Source: a virus
Lineage: Duplodnaviria; Caudoviricetes
DNA: 40,006 nucleotides
IMG/VR virus record: IMGVR_UViG_3300028586_000045
Location: 1 to 40,006 of that record
Reading direction: 5' to 3' (one strand)
Positions 8,060 through 16,544 of this stretch are shown here, in pieces. The notes below the pieces were generated by a model, which was not told the origin of the DNA, made no database searches, and saw only the letters and a list, made by a program, of their open reading frames with translations. Every line of letters begins with the position of its first letter. Position 1 is the first letter of the stretch. The position numbers were made by a program, and so were the translations under genes.

Positions 8060-8391
8060 GCCGCGGATCGACGCGGCTGATCCTCCGTCATTGGCGAAGC
8101 AATGCGCTCAATCATCGCCCTTTGTGTCTCTGAGGCCTCGCGATAATTGGCAAGGAGCTGCCGCTCCTCCAATGAAAGCCGATCAGGATTGTCGTCAGAT
8201 GGAAGAATGTCGACTGGTGTGCACGACAGCGCGCGAGCCAACCGTCGCATATATTCGAGCGTCAGCTCCATGCGTCCGCGTTCAAGGTCGCTGACCGTCA
8301 TCTTTGACGTGCCGATCAAGTCGCCCAGCGCCTGCTGAGATAATCCAGCGGCGACCCTCATTTCGCGGATCCGGTTTGGCGCGTCTTCCAT
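8056..8391 (-). CDS. XRE-family HTH prophage repressor (CI-like, 111 aa, no S24 peptidase domain)
   Basis: IREMRVAAGLSQQALGDLIGTSKMTVSDLERG HTH; divergent from a cro-like gene. Confidence 0.9.
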   Translation of the reverse strand: MEDAPNRIREMRVAAGLSQQALGDLIGTSKMTVSDLERGRMELTLEYMRRLARALSCTPVDILPSDDNPDRLSLEERQLLANYREASETQRAMIERIASPMTEDQPRRSAA

Positions 8392-8399
8392 GCGCGCAA

Positions 8400-8480
8400 A
8401 CTGTAAGATTTCTGCTGACACGTTCGAGCCGCTAAATCTCTTACTTTCACTTGTCAAACGGTAAGCGGAAAGCTTACAAG
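8400..8480. promoter_or_regulatory. Divergent PRM/PR-like switch with two operators
   Basis: TGTAAG-ATTTCTG-CTGACA (8402-8420) and GGTAAG-CGGAAAG-CTTACA (8460-8478); TTGTCA -35 at 8451; minus-strand TACAGT -10 at 8400-8405. Confidence 0.8.
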
Positions 8481-8487
8481 CCTTCGT

Positions 8488-8712
8488 ATGGTTACCGGAC
8501 GCCCTGAACACCCGCTGCGCTCGTGGCGTAAGCGAAAGAACCTGACCCTTGATGCCGCGGCTCTCGCAGTCGGTACTGTGCGGCAGGTTTGGTACGATTG
8601 GGAGTCCGGCCGTCGTCGTCCCGGGCCGAGCTACATGCCTAAACTGCGGGAATTTACTTCCGGCGAGATCTCGGCGGATGACTTCTATCCGGCGGTCGAC
8701 CGAGCCGCCTGA
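8488..8712 (+). CDS. Cro-like HTH regulator (74 aa)
   Basis: LRSWRKRKNLTLDAAALAVGTVRQVWYDWESGRRRP...TSGEISADDF. Confidence 0.9.
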   Translation: MVTGRPEHPLRSWRKRKNLTLDAAALAVGTVRQVWYDWESGRRRPGPSYMPKLREFTSGEISADDFYPAVDRAA

Positions 8713-9035
8713 TGGAAACGTCAGCACATTCGAAGTCATGGCCGTCTCTCCCGTACGGGGTGACCCTTGATCGGTGTTCCCGTTCTGTTCTTTCTGGGAA
8801 CAGCGATCCAACAAATCAAGATACTTTGTTAACCGAAGATAGCACCGATGCGGACCTGCTCATGCCCGCAACTGTGCTCGGCCAGGATGCAGCCCCACTG
8901 CACCTGGCCAACCCTCTTTCCGTCTCCGCCGCGGCTGCGGCGTCGAGCGGCACCGGCAGGCGTACGGGCGGTGCGCCTGCCGGTGATTGCGCCCCCGACA
9001 TCGCCGATCACACCAAGGTGCAGGGGGCATCATGA
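8712..9035 (+). CDS. Possible hypothetical protein (107 aa)
   Basis: TGATG and ATGA coupling at both ends, but the composition looks disordered and a regulatory motif lies inside. Confidence 0.4.
   Translation: METSAHSKSWPSLPYGVTLDRCSRSVLSGNSDPTNQDTLLTEDSTDADLLMPATVLGQDAAPLHLANPLSVSAAAAASSGTGRRTGGAPAGDCAPDIADHTKVQGAS
8776..8790. promoter_or_regulatory. Alphaproteobacterial LexA (SOS) box
   Basis: GTTC-CCGTTCT-GTTC is an exact GTTC-N7-GTTC match. Confidence 0.6.
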
Positions 9036-9478
9036 AACGGATCTGGCTTGCCGGCGTCCTGGCGCTGGTGGCGTCGTCGGTCGCGACGGCGCAAACCTCG
9101 TTTCCGAGCGCGGCGCCGGGCGTGCGCGTCGGCGGCTCGGTGATGCTGAGCTGCAATGCGGCCGGCGCCGCCTGCCAGCCGGTGTCGCCGGCGTCGCCGC
9201 TCGCGGCGCGCGCGACGGGCGGCCCGAGCATCGCGACGGGCCAGACGTCGGTGGGCACCGCCGCGACGCTGGTCGCCGCAGCGCGTCCCGGCCGGCAGAC
9301 GATTCTCGTCTCGATCGGCGCGGCGAACGCCTGCGTCTTCGGTCCCGCCGGCGTCACCGCGTCGACGGGCTTCTCGCTCCAGCCGGTTGCCGGCGCCAGC
9401 ATGACGATCGACACGGCCGCCGAGCTGTGGGCGGCGTGCTCGGCGACGACGACGGTCAGCGTTCTCGAGGAATTCTGA
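9032..9478 (+). CDS. Secreted beta-rich protein (148 aa)
   Basis: Signal peptide MKRIWLAGVLALVASSVATA|Q; four Cys; beta-sandwich-like C-terminal half. Confidence 0.8.
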   Translation: MKRIWLAGVLALVASSVATAQTSFPSAAPGVRVGGSVMLSCNAAGAACQPVSPASPLAARATGGPSIATGQTSVGTAATLVAAARPGRQTILVSIGAANACVFGPAGVTASTGFSLQPVAGASMTIDTAAELWAACSATTTVSVLEEF

Positions 9479-9834
9479 TGCGCGCGCTGCTCATGGCGGC
9501 GGCCGTGCTCGGCGCCGGTCCCGCGGCGGCCCAGGTCGCCTACCCCCCCGTCGCGCCGCAGTGGGTGGCGCAGCAGACGGTCACGCTCAACAGCACGGGC
9601 GATGCGACCTGGTCGTTCGACCCCGACAGCCTGCCGCCGGTGGTGCCTGCGGTCGTCCACATGCCGAAGGCGATGGACACGACCAACCCGATCACCTGCA
9701 ACTTCACCGCGATCAGCCGCACGGGCGTGACGGTGCATTGCTGGCGGACGACGTTGCTCGGCCTGCTGACCAACCTCTACAGCGGCAGCGTCAACGGCGC
9801 GCAGGTCAATCTGGTCGCGCGGGCGATTCCATGA
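9478..9834 (+). CDS. Secreted beta-rich protein (118 aa)
   Basis: Signal peptide MRALLMAAAVLGAGPAAA|Q; TGATG coupling; a Cys pair. Confidence 0.8.
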   Translation: MRALLMAAAVLGAGPAAAQVAYPPVAPQWVAQQTVTLNSTGDATWSFDPDSLPPVVPAVVHMPKAMDTTNPITCNFTAISRTGVTVHCWRTTLLGLLTNLYSGSVNGAQVNLVARAIP

Positions 9835-9947
9835 GCTGGCCCGAGCCGCACGTCTCGAACTATGCGCCGCGTCGCCGGCTGGCGATCGTCATTGCCGGCG
9901 CCGTCGCCGGCTGGGCGATCGTCTTCGCGGCGATCGTCGCCGCCTGA
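9831..9947 (+). CDS. Small single-pass membrane protein (38 aa)
   Basis: MSWPEPHVSNYAPRRRLAIVIAGAVAGWAIVFAAIVAA; ATGA coupling. Confidence 0.6.
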   Translation: MSWPEPHVSNYAPRRRLAIVIAGAVAGWAIVFAAIVAA

Positions 9948-9948
9948 C

Positions 9949-11052
9949 ATGTCGCAGCCGCGTCGTACCGAACCCGTGATCAGCGTCCGCGAGATCGAGA
10001 TGCAGGCGCGGGGCCGCGTCGAGGCGATCGGCCGCGACTGCCTGCCCGGCGCGATCAAGGACGGCCAGTATCTCAAGGCGGGATCGATCGGGGGTGAGCG
10101 CGGCGGCAGCCTGGTGCTCAACCTCGCCGGCGCGAACAAGGGCATGTGGAAGGATTGGTCCGGCACCGACCAGGGCGACATGATCGGCCTGGTCGAGCGG
10201 ACCAAGTTCGGCGGGGACCGCGGCAAGGCCGTGCAGTGGCTGAAATCCTTCCTCGGGCTCGATCATCTCGACCCCGGCCGGATCGCGCAGGTCCGCGCCG
10301 AGGCGGCGCAGGCGGATGCCGATATGCAGGCGGAGGCCTCGCGCGAGGCGGAGGCCAAGAAGCGCGGCGCGCGGGCGCTGTGGCTCAACGGCACGCCGTC
10401 GATCGAGGACACGCCCGCCGCACGCTATCTCGACGCGCGCGGGATCCGCATGCCCGTGCTTGGCCACTGGCCCCGGTCCCTGCGCTTCCATAGCGAGGTG
10501 TGGAACCGCGATGCCGGCGTGAAGCTGCCCGCGATGGTGTCGCAGGTCATCCTGCCGACCGGCGAGCATGTCGCCACCCACCGCACCTGGCTGGGCCGCT
10601 GCCCGGCGACGCGCATCTGGGTGAAGGCGGACGCCGCGGATCTCGCGGTGCCGCGCGGCAATGCCAAGAAGATGCTCGGCAAGAGCCGCGGCGGCTTCAT
10701 TCCGCTGCGCAAGGGCGCCTCGCAGCAGGCGATGGGCCGCATGCGCCGGCCGGAGACGCTCTACGTCACCGAGGGCATCGAGGACGGTCTGACCGTCGCG
10801 ATGTGCAAGCCCGATGCCCGGGTGATCGCCGCTTATTCGCTTGGCAACCTCGGCGCGATCGAATTCCCGCCCGAGATCGAGACGATCGTCCTCGTCGCCG
10901 ATCGCGATGACGGCGCGCAGGAGCAGGAAAAGCTCGAACGCGCCATCGCCCGTCAACAGGCACGCGGCCACCGCGTGCAGCTCGTCCTCCCCCCGCCCGG
11001 GTTGAAGGACGTCAACGCCTGGCTGCTGGCCGGGCTGGAGAGTGCCGCGTGA
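9949..11052 (+). CDS. Phage DNA primase (Toprim domain)
   Basis: LYVTEGIEDGL...VLVADRD...KDVN Toprim motifs; N-terminal G-W-D-GD region as in P4-alpha-like primases. Confidence 0.9.
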   Translation: MSQPRRTEPVISVREIEMQARGRVEAIGRDCLPGAIKDGQYLKAGSIGGERGGSLVLNLAGANKGMWKDWSGTDQGDMIGLVERTKFGGDRGKAVQWLKSFLGLDHLDPGRIAQVRAEAAQADADMQAEASREAEAKKRGARALWLNGTPSIEDTPAARYLDARGIRMPVLGHWPRSLRFHSEVWNRDAGVKLPAMVSQVILPTGEHVATHRTWLGRCPATRIWVKADAADLAVPRGNAKKMLGKSRGGFIPLRKGASQQAMGRMRRPETLYVTEGIEDGLTVAMCKPDARVIAAYSLGNLGAIEFPPEIETIVLVADRDDGAQEQEKLERAIARQQARGHRVQLVLPPPGLKDVNAWLLAGLESAA

Positions 11053-13001
11053 CCAAGCCTTCCCCCGACAACGTCGTGTCGATCGCGGCCGCCCTGGACG
11101 CGCCGATGGACGCGCCGTTGCTCGCCAGCGCCGGCGACCAGGCGCCGTTCGGCGGCCGCGACGAGGACGACGACATGGATCGGCCGCGCGTTCCGCGCGA
11201 CTGCCCGGTCAAGCCGCTCGGCATCGGCCTCGATGGCCAGACGTGCTTCTACCTCAACATGCTTGGCCAGATGGTGCCGCTGGGCCCGCGCGACCATGGC
11301 AAGAACAACCTGCACGCGCTGTTCTCGCCACATACGCACCTGCTCGCCAAGTATTGGCCACGGTGGTCCGAACCAAAGCGCGATCGCCAAGGTAATGTTA
11401 CCAAAGAAAGCGAGATCGTCGGCTTCAAGCAGGACGATGCGTCCGAAGCGCTGATCGCGGCCTGCGGCTATGCCGGCATCTTCGACGCGCAAGGGCGTGT
11501 CCGCGGCCGCGGCGCACATCGCGGCGCCGGCAAGCAGCTGATCGTCCACTATGGCGACACGGTGATGATGGCGACGCCGGCGGTGGCGGCGAAGGGCATC
11601 GCGGGCGGCGTCGACTGGCATTCGACCGGCCTGATCGACAATTACGTCTATCCGGCCGCGGCGCCGATGCCCCGACCCGATCACCGGAAGCCCGGGACGG
11701 TCGAGGTCGAGCAGCTCGCCGCGCTGATCAACACCTGGAACTGGCGCCGCGGTCACCGCGATGCGCTGCTTGCGTTCGGCTGGCTCGCCCAGACCACGAT
11801 TTCCGGTGCGCTGGGCTGGCGCAGCCACCTGTTCGTGACGGGCGGCGCCGGCACCGGCAAGTCGTCGTTCAACGGCAAGGAAGGCCTGTGCGATCGGCTG
11901 CTCGCCAAGGGCGTGCTGCGCACCGGCGGTGCGACCGAGGCGGCGGTGCGGCAGAAGCTGCGCGCGCAGACCATCCCGGTCATCTTCGACGAATTCGAGC
12001 CCAACGCCTTCAACGCGCACAAGCTCGCGGCCGTCCTGGAGCTCGCGCGCGTCGCCAGCTCGGGCGACGACATGCATAAGGGCGGCAGCGACCACAATGC
12101 GGCCGAATTCACCCTCAACTCGTGCTTCCAGTTCTCTGCGATCCTCACCCCGCCGATGGAGCCGCAGGATCGCAGCCGCTTCGCCGTCCTCGAGCTGGAG
12201 CCGCTGCCGTCCAATGCGCCGAAACTCGACCTCGACGCCGTCGACCTGCCGGCGATCGGCGCGATCCTCGCCAAGCGGATGATCGATGGCTGGGCGCGCT
12301 GGCATGCGACGTTCCTCGCCTATCACGACGCGCTGATGAAGCGCGGCCACACGTCGCGCAGCGCCGACACGTTCGGTACGCTGCTCGCGGCGTCGGATCT
12401 GGCGCTGTACGATCACCTCAACGTTGACGTCATCGACGAGCTGGCGATCGAATTCGCGCCGGACGGGCTGGTCGAGATCTCGGAGAGCGCGCCGGACCAC
12501 GTGCGGTGCCTGACGCATCTCAGCACCACCATGCAGCAGTCGCGCGGCGGTGACGCACGCGAGACGATCGCGACTTGGATCGGCAAGGCGGTGGCGCAGG
12601 AAGACGCCGGCGGTGGCAGCGGCACGACCCGCCAGGACATCTCCCTGGCCCGCACCAAACTCGGCGAGCTGGGGCTGAAGGTCGTCAACGCCCGCCGGCT
12701 GCCCGACGACGAGAGCAACAGGCCGCGTTTCGGGGCCTCCGAGCACATCGCAGGGCAGCCGTGCTACCTCGCGGTGGCGCAGGACCATCGCGCGTTGACG
12801 GAGATATTCTCGCCCACCAAGTGGGCTAGTGGCGGCTGGGGTCAGACCCTGGCCCGCTCGCCGGCCGCGATCCGAGGGCCGAAGGTCAAGTTCAACCGCA
12901 ATTCGCTGACGGCCGTCCTGGTGCCGATCGAGCTGATCGTCGACCCGGCCGACGTGGCCGGATGGGTCGCATGCCCTGCGATCGAGGCGGTCGCACAATG
13001 A
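11049..13001 (+). CDS. Replicative P-loop helicase/ATPase
   Basis: Walker A GGAGTGKS and Walker B VIFDEFE; coupled to the primase. Confidence 0.85.
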   Translation: MTKPSPDNVVSIAAALDAPMDAPLLASAGDQAPFGGRDEDDDMDRPRVPRDCPVKPLGIGLDGQTCFYLNMLGQMVPLGPRDHGKNNLHALFSPHTHLLAKYWPRWSEPKRDRQGNVTKESEIVGFKQDDASEALIAACGYAGIFDAQGRVRGRGAHRGAGKQLIVHYGDTVMMATPAVAAKGIAGGVDWHSTGLIDNYVYPAAAPMPRPDHRKPGTVEVEQLAALINTWNWRRGHRDALLAFGWLAQTTISGALGWRSHLFVTGGAGTGKSSFNGKEGLCDRLLAKGVLRTGGATEAAVRQKLRAQTIPVIFDEFEPNAFNAHKLAAVLELARVASSGDDMHKGGSDHNAAEFTLNSCFQFSAILTPPMEPQDRSRFAVLELEPLPSNAPKLDLDAVDLPAIGAILAKRMIDGWARWHATFLAYHDALMKRGHTSRSADTFGTLLAASDLALYDHLNVDVIDELAIEFAPDGLVEISESAPDHVRCLTHLSTTMQQSRGGDARETIATWIGKAVAQEDAGGGSGTTRQDISLARTKLGELGLKVVNARRLPDDESNRPRFGASEHIAGQPCYLAVAQDHRALTEIFSPTKWASGGWGQTLARSPAAIRGPKVKFNRNSLTAVLVPIELIVDPADVAGWVACPAIEAVAQ

Positions 13002-13186
13002 CGCGCATGGCCAACGGAGCGCAGCGGAGTGGTGCGGCCATGCTCTCTCTCGTCTTCACGCAACCGCGTGAAGACTACGAACATGCCTCGCGAATACTTT
13101 CTTCCTTCTTTTTTTGCGTCTCCCCGACCCCGGCCCGTTGGCTTCAGGGACATTTGGGGGCAAGGTGGCCGGGCGGACAATCGCCG

Positions 13187-13415
13187 GGTTCTGTGGTTCT
13201 ACACGGGACAGGGGGCAGAACCGCTAAACACCTGAAATCTAATGGTTCTGTGGTTCTGTTCCGAAACCTCACGCGTGACGCGCATGCGGACGCGTGTGCC
13301 CACACGCGTATACGCGAGGGTTTAAAACTCAGAACCTCAGAACCAGACCTAATTATTGAGGTATTAGAGAGGTTTACCGGTTCTGTAACGGTTCTGCGCT
13401 GGTTCTGTCAGAACC
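13187..13415. repeat. Probable replication origin: 11 GGTTCTG/CAGAACC iterons in both orientations
   Basis: Copies start at 13187, 13195 (6/7 match), 13216, 13244, 13252, 13330, 13338, 13379, 13390, 13401 and 13409; AT-rich stretch ~13321-13375; directly downstream of the helicase. Confidence 0.75.
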
Positions 13416-13788
13416 GCTCAGCCGCACCCGTCGGCACGTTCGCGAGCGATGTCAGTGGCTTAGCCTTCGCCGACACGAATAAAATATCGGGTGGATATGC
13501 CGTCCGGCGCATCGCTGCCTCGACCGGCGCGGATCTGGGCCTCGATGGAGCCGCTGCGCGCGCAAACTTTCGGGCCCAGGTGCGCGGGGCGGCCGGGCTG
13601 GCGGCGTCGATCGAGGTCGGCGGGGCGGCGGGCAAGAATGGCAGAAATCAGCCGTTTTTCGGGGCCGCGGATGGCCGTGTTGGAATGCCGATGTTGGAAT
13701 GCGGCCAAGAAACCGCAGAAAACCGTGCCTCTCACCATGGGCTGCGCAAGCCTGCGAGGTTGGCCGGCCACCGCCTGGCCGGCCAGCT

Positions 13789-13885
13789 GGCCCCCCGGGG
13801 GGGCGGCGCCGATCGCGAGGGGGGCACCCCCCCCACCGGGCCGCGCCTCTCTCTTCGGCCCTGCGCGCAGCCAATTTTCTGGATT
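13789..13885. other. Candidate packaging initiation region upstream of terS
   Basis: G/C homopolymer palindromes (CCCCCCGGGGGG, GGGGGGCACCCCCCC) followed by AATTTTCTGGATTT; position typical of pac/cos sites. Confidence 0.4.
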
Positions 13886-14114
13886 TCGACTGACCTCGAA
13901 ACTCGCAGGTCGACGACCAGCGTGGCGGATCGGGACAGTCGCCTTAGCTCGAAACCGGAAATGGGGTCGGGGGTCTGCGACCTCCCGCCTGCGTCAGATG
14001 ATCGAGGCGCGTGCGCGCTCAATCGGGGACAGCAGCGGCGGGTCGGGGAGCAGAGGGCGGTCCTAAGCTGGGGGCGTAGCCGGGAACGGTCGACGCTATG
14101 GGGAGGGCTGCACC

Positions 14115-14723
14115 GTGTCAACTGACCTGACCGGCGACGCCGCGATCGGCCACGCGATCATGACCGACGTGCAGCAGCAGCTCGATGCCGATCGCGTTGA
14201 GGCCGAGCAGCTCGACCTGCTGGAGCCGGTTACCCCGGAGGATATCTGGGCGGCGCGCGAGGATCTCGGCGCGGACGCAACCCCCAACGAGGTGACCAAG
14301 GCTGCGCGGGCGCGCAAGCGCGGCCGGCCGGCCGGCGCGCGCAACCGCCGCACCGACGACCTGGAGCGTTGGCTGCTGGCGCACGGGCAGCATCCGGCCA
14401 AGACCCTGATGGAGATCCAGTCGACCGCGCCCGAGGTGCTGATGGAGGCGTCGAAGCGCCGCAAGGTCCACAGCTTCCAGAAGGACGGCACGCCGAACGT
14501 CGTCGTCGAGCACATGACCTACGAGGCGGCGCAGTCGCTGCGCGCCCGCTGCGCCGACATGCTCATGCCGTACCTGGTCGGCAAGAAACCGATCACCGTT
14601 GACATGAATTTCAGCGGCGTCGCCGACATGTTCATCGAGGGCGTGACCCACTCGGCCGACGAGATGGCCGAGATCATGGACGCCGAGTACCTGCCGGTCG
14701 GCGACGACGAGGCGGCGGGCTGA
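14115..14723 (+). CDS. terS: Terminase small subunit (putative)
   Basis: RKRGRPAGARNRRT motif, acidic C-terminus, coupled to terL. Confidence 0.65.
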   Translation: MSTDLTGDAAIGHAIMTDVQQQLDADRVEAEQLDLLEPVTPEDIWAAREDLGADATPNEVTKAARARKRGRPAGARNRRTDDLERWLLAHGQHPAKTLMEIQSTAPEVLMEASKRRKVHSFQKDGTPNVVVEHMTYEAAQSLRARCADMLMPYLVGKKPITVDMNFSGVADMFIEGVTHSADEMAEIMDAEYLPVGDDEAAG

Positions 14724-16294
14724 TGGGCATGGTCGCGCCTCGCCGGCTGATCTCCCCTGGGCCCGTCGCCGACGGGTTCGTGAAGAGCCGCGCGTTCATC
14801 TGCGGGATCATCGGCCCGGTCGGGTCGGGAAAGACCATGGCGGCGCTGCAAAAGGGGCTGCGGGTCGCGTCCAAGCAGCTGGGCGTCGTGCGCGAGGACG
14901 GCGTGATCGTGCGCAAGGCGCGGATCGGCGTCATCCGCGAGAGCTATCCGAGCCTCCAATCGACGACGCTGAAGAGCTGGTTCCGCATCGTGCCGGAGGC
15001 GGAAGGGCATTTCAGCTGGAAAGCGCCCTACACCCACACCTTCCGGAAAATCCTCAAGCGGGAGGGCAACCGCAAGGACGGCCGCGTCCTCGAAATCCTC
15101 GAATGCGAATTCGAATTCCGGGCGATCGGCGACCTGTCGGTCGAAGAGGCGTGCCGCGGCTGGGAAGTCAACGCAGTCATCATCGACGAGGCGGATCTCC
15201 AGCCGCACAATCTCGTCGCTTTCCTCACCGGCCGCGTCGGCCGCTTCAGCGATCTCGATCCTTCGACCGTCGTCGATCCGCAGATCATCCTCTCGCTGAA
15301 CATGCCCGACATCGAGAACCACATCTACACGCTGCTGTTCGACGAAGCGGGCGAAGCGCTGGGGCTGACCCCGGAGGAGGCCCAGATCCTGCAGGAGACG
15401 CTCGGCGAGCGGCCGCTGATCGAGCGTTTCGTCCAGCCGGGCGGGCGCGAGCCCGACGCGGAAAACCTGCACAACCTGCCCGGCGGCCGCGGTTACTACG
15501 TGCTGCAGGTGGCGGCGAACCGGCACACCCCCGGGTACGTCGATCGCATGGTCGACAACAAGCCGGTGCCGATCATGCACGGCCAGGCGGTCAATGCCGG
15601 GTTCGTCTACACCCGCCACGTCCAGCCGGTGGCGTGGGACAAGCGCCGCAAGCTGATCGTCGGCGTCGACCAGGGCCTGTTCGCCGCGGCGGTGTTCCTC
15701 CAGCGCGACTGGGACGGCTCGATCCGGACGCTGGGCGAGGTGGTCAACACGACGCGAGGCGAGGGCGGCAAGCTCGGGCTGGTGAAGACCGGGCCCACCG
15801 CGTTCGGCAAGCGCGTGCGTCAGCACATCGCCGACCACTTCCCCGACATCACGCCGGAGAACATCCGCGTAGTCGCTGATCCTGCCGCGTTCGCCGCCAA
15901 CGATCGCGCCGACAGCGAGCACGACTGGCTGCTGGCGTTCCAGAAGGCGCTCGGCATCAAGGTGCACAAGGCGAAGTCGAACAGCCCGGCGTTGCGCAAC
16001 CAAGCGATCTGGACCGCCCAGGGCGAGATCGGCGGTTACACCGTCGACCCGTCCGCCAAGCACCTGATCAAGGCCCATTCGGGCGGCTACCGCTACGCCA
16101 AGGCGGAGCTGAGCACCGGCGAGACGCGCGGTCATCTGGAGATCCAGGACACGATCTACACGCACGTTGCCGACGCCGAGCAATACGCCGCGCTCGAAGG
16201 CGAGCACGTCATCGGAGACCTGCGCGGCAAGGAACGCCGGCGCCGTCCCGTGACCAACGACAGCGATTTCGATGTCCACCAGGGGGTGAGGTGA
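14723..16294 (+). CDS. terL: Terminase large subunit
   Basis: GPVGSGKT Walker A, VIIDEA Walker B, VGVDQG nuclease Asp and HVADAEQY C-terminal motif. Confidence 0.93.
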   Translation: MGMVAPRRLISPGPVADGFVKSRAFICGIIGPVGSGKTMAALQKGLRVASKQLGVVREDGVIVRKARIGVIRESYPSLQSTTLKSWFRIVPEAEGHFSWKAPYTHTFRKILKREGNRKDGRVLEILECEFEFRAIGDLSVEEACRGWEVNAVIIDEADLQPHNLVAFLTGRVGRFSDLDPSTVVDPQIILSLNMPDIENHIYTLLFDEAGEALGLTPEEAQILQETLGERPLIERFVQPGGREPDAENLHNLPGGRGYYVLQVAANRHTPGYVDRMVDNKPVPIMHGQAVNAGFVYTRHVQPVAWDKRRKLIVGVDQGLFAAAVFLQRDWDGSIRTLGEVVNTTRGEGGKLGLVKTGPTAFGKRVRQHIADHFPDITPENIRVVADPAAFAANDRADSEHDWLLAFQKALGIKVHKAKSNSPALRNQAIWTAQGEIGGYTVDPSAKHLIKAHSGGYRYAKAELSTGETRGHLEIQDTIYTHVADAEQYAALEGEHVIGDLRGKERRRRPVTNDSDFDVHQGVR

Positions 16295-16534
16295 ATGGCT
16301 CTTTTGAAACCAATCGGAAAGGCGGTCGGCAGCGTCCTGAAGGCGGTGGGGGTGGTGTCCACCCCCGGCAAGCCGCCGACGCCGCTGCGCTCCGTCACCC
16401 GTGACGATGCGGCCGCAACCGTCGCGGCCGACGACGAACTCCGCCGGCGGCAGGGTGCTGCCGCGGACATCATCACCGGGAGCGCGGGCGCCGAGGCCCC
16501 GCTGACCGGTGGCAAGCTAACCCTCGGCAGCTGA
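16295..16534 (+). CDS. Small conserved podovirus protein preceding the portal region (79 aa)
   Basis: RRRQGAAADIITG...LG pattern typical of the gene before T7/BPP-1-type portals. Confidence 0.7.
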   Translation: MALLKPIGKAVGSVLKAVGVVSTPGKPPTPLRSVTRDDAAATVAADDELRRRQGAAADIITGSAGAEAPLTGGKLTLGS

Positions 16535-16544
16535 AAGGTTACAA

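Noticed and set aside
13380-13405. Two tandem GTTC-N7-GTTC matches (LexA-like) in the origin
   Set aside because: They arise automatically from GGTTCTG iterons spaced 11 bp apart, so they are more simply explained as origin repeats.
13187-13415. Possible CRISPR array
   Set aside because: The repeats are only 7 bp, in mixed orientation and irregularly spaced, and no cas genes are present.
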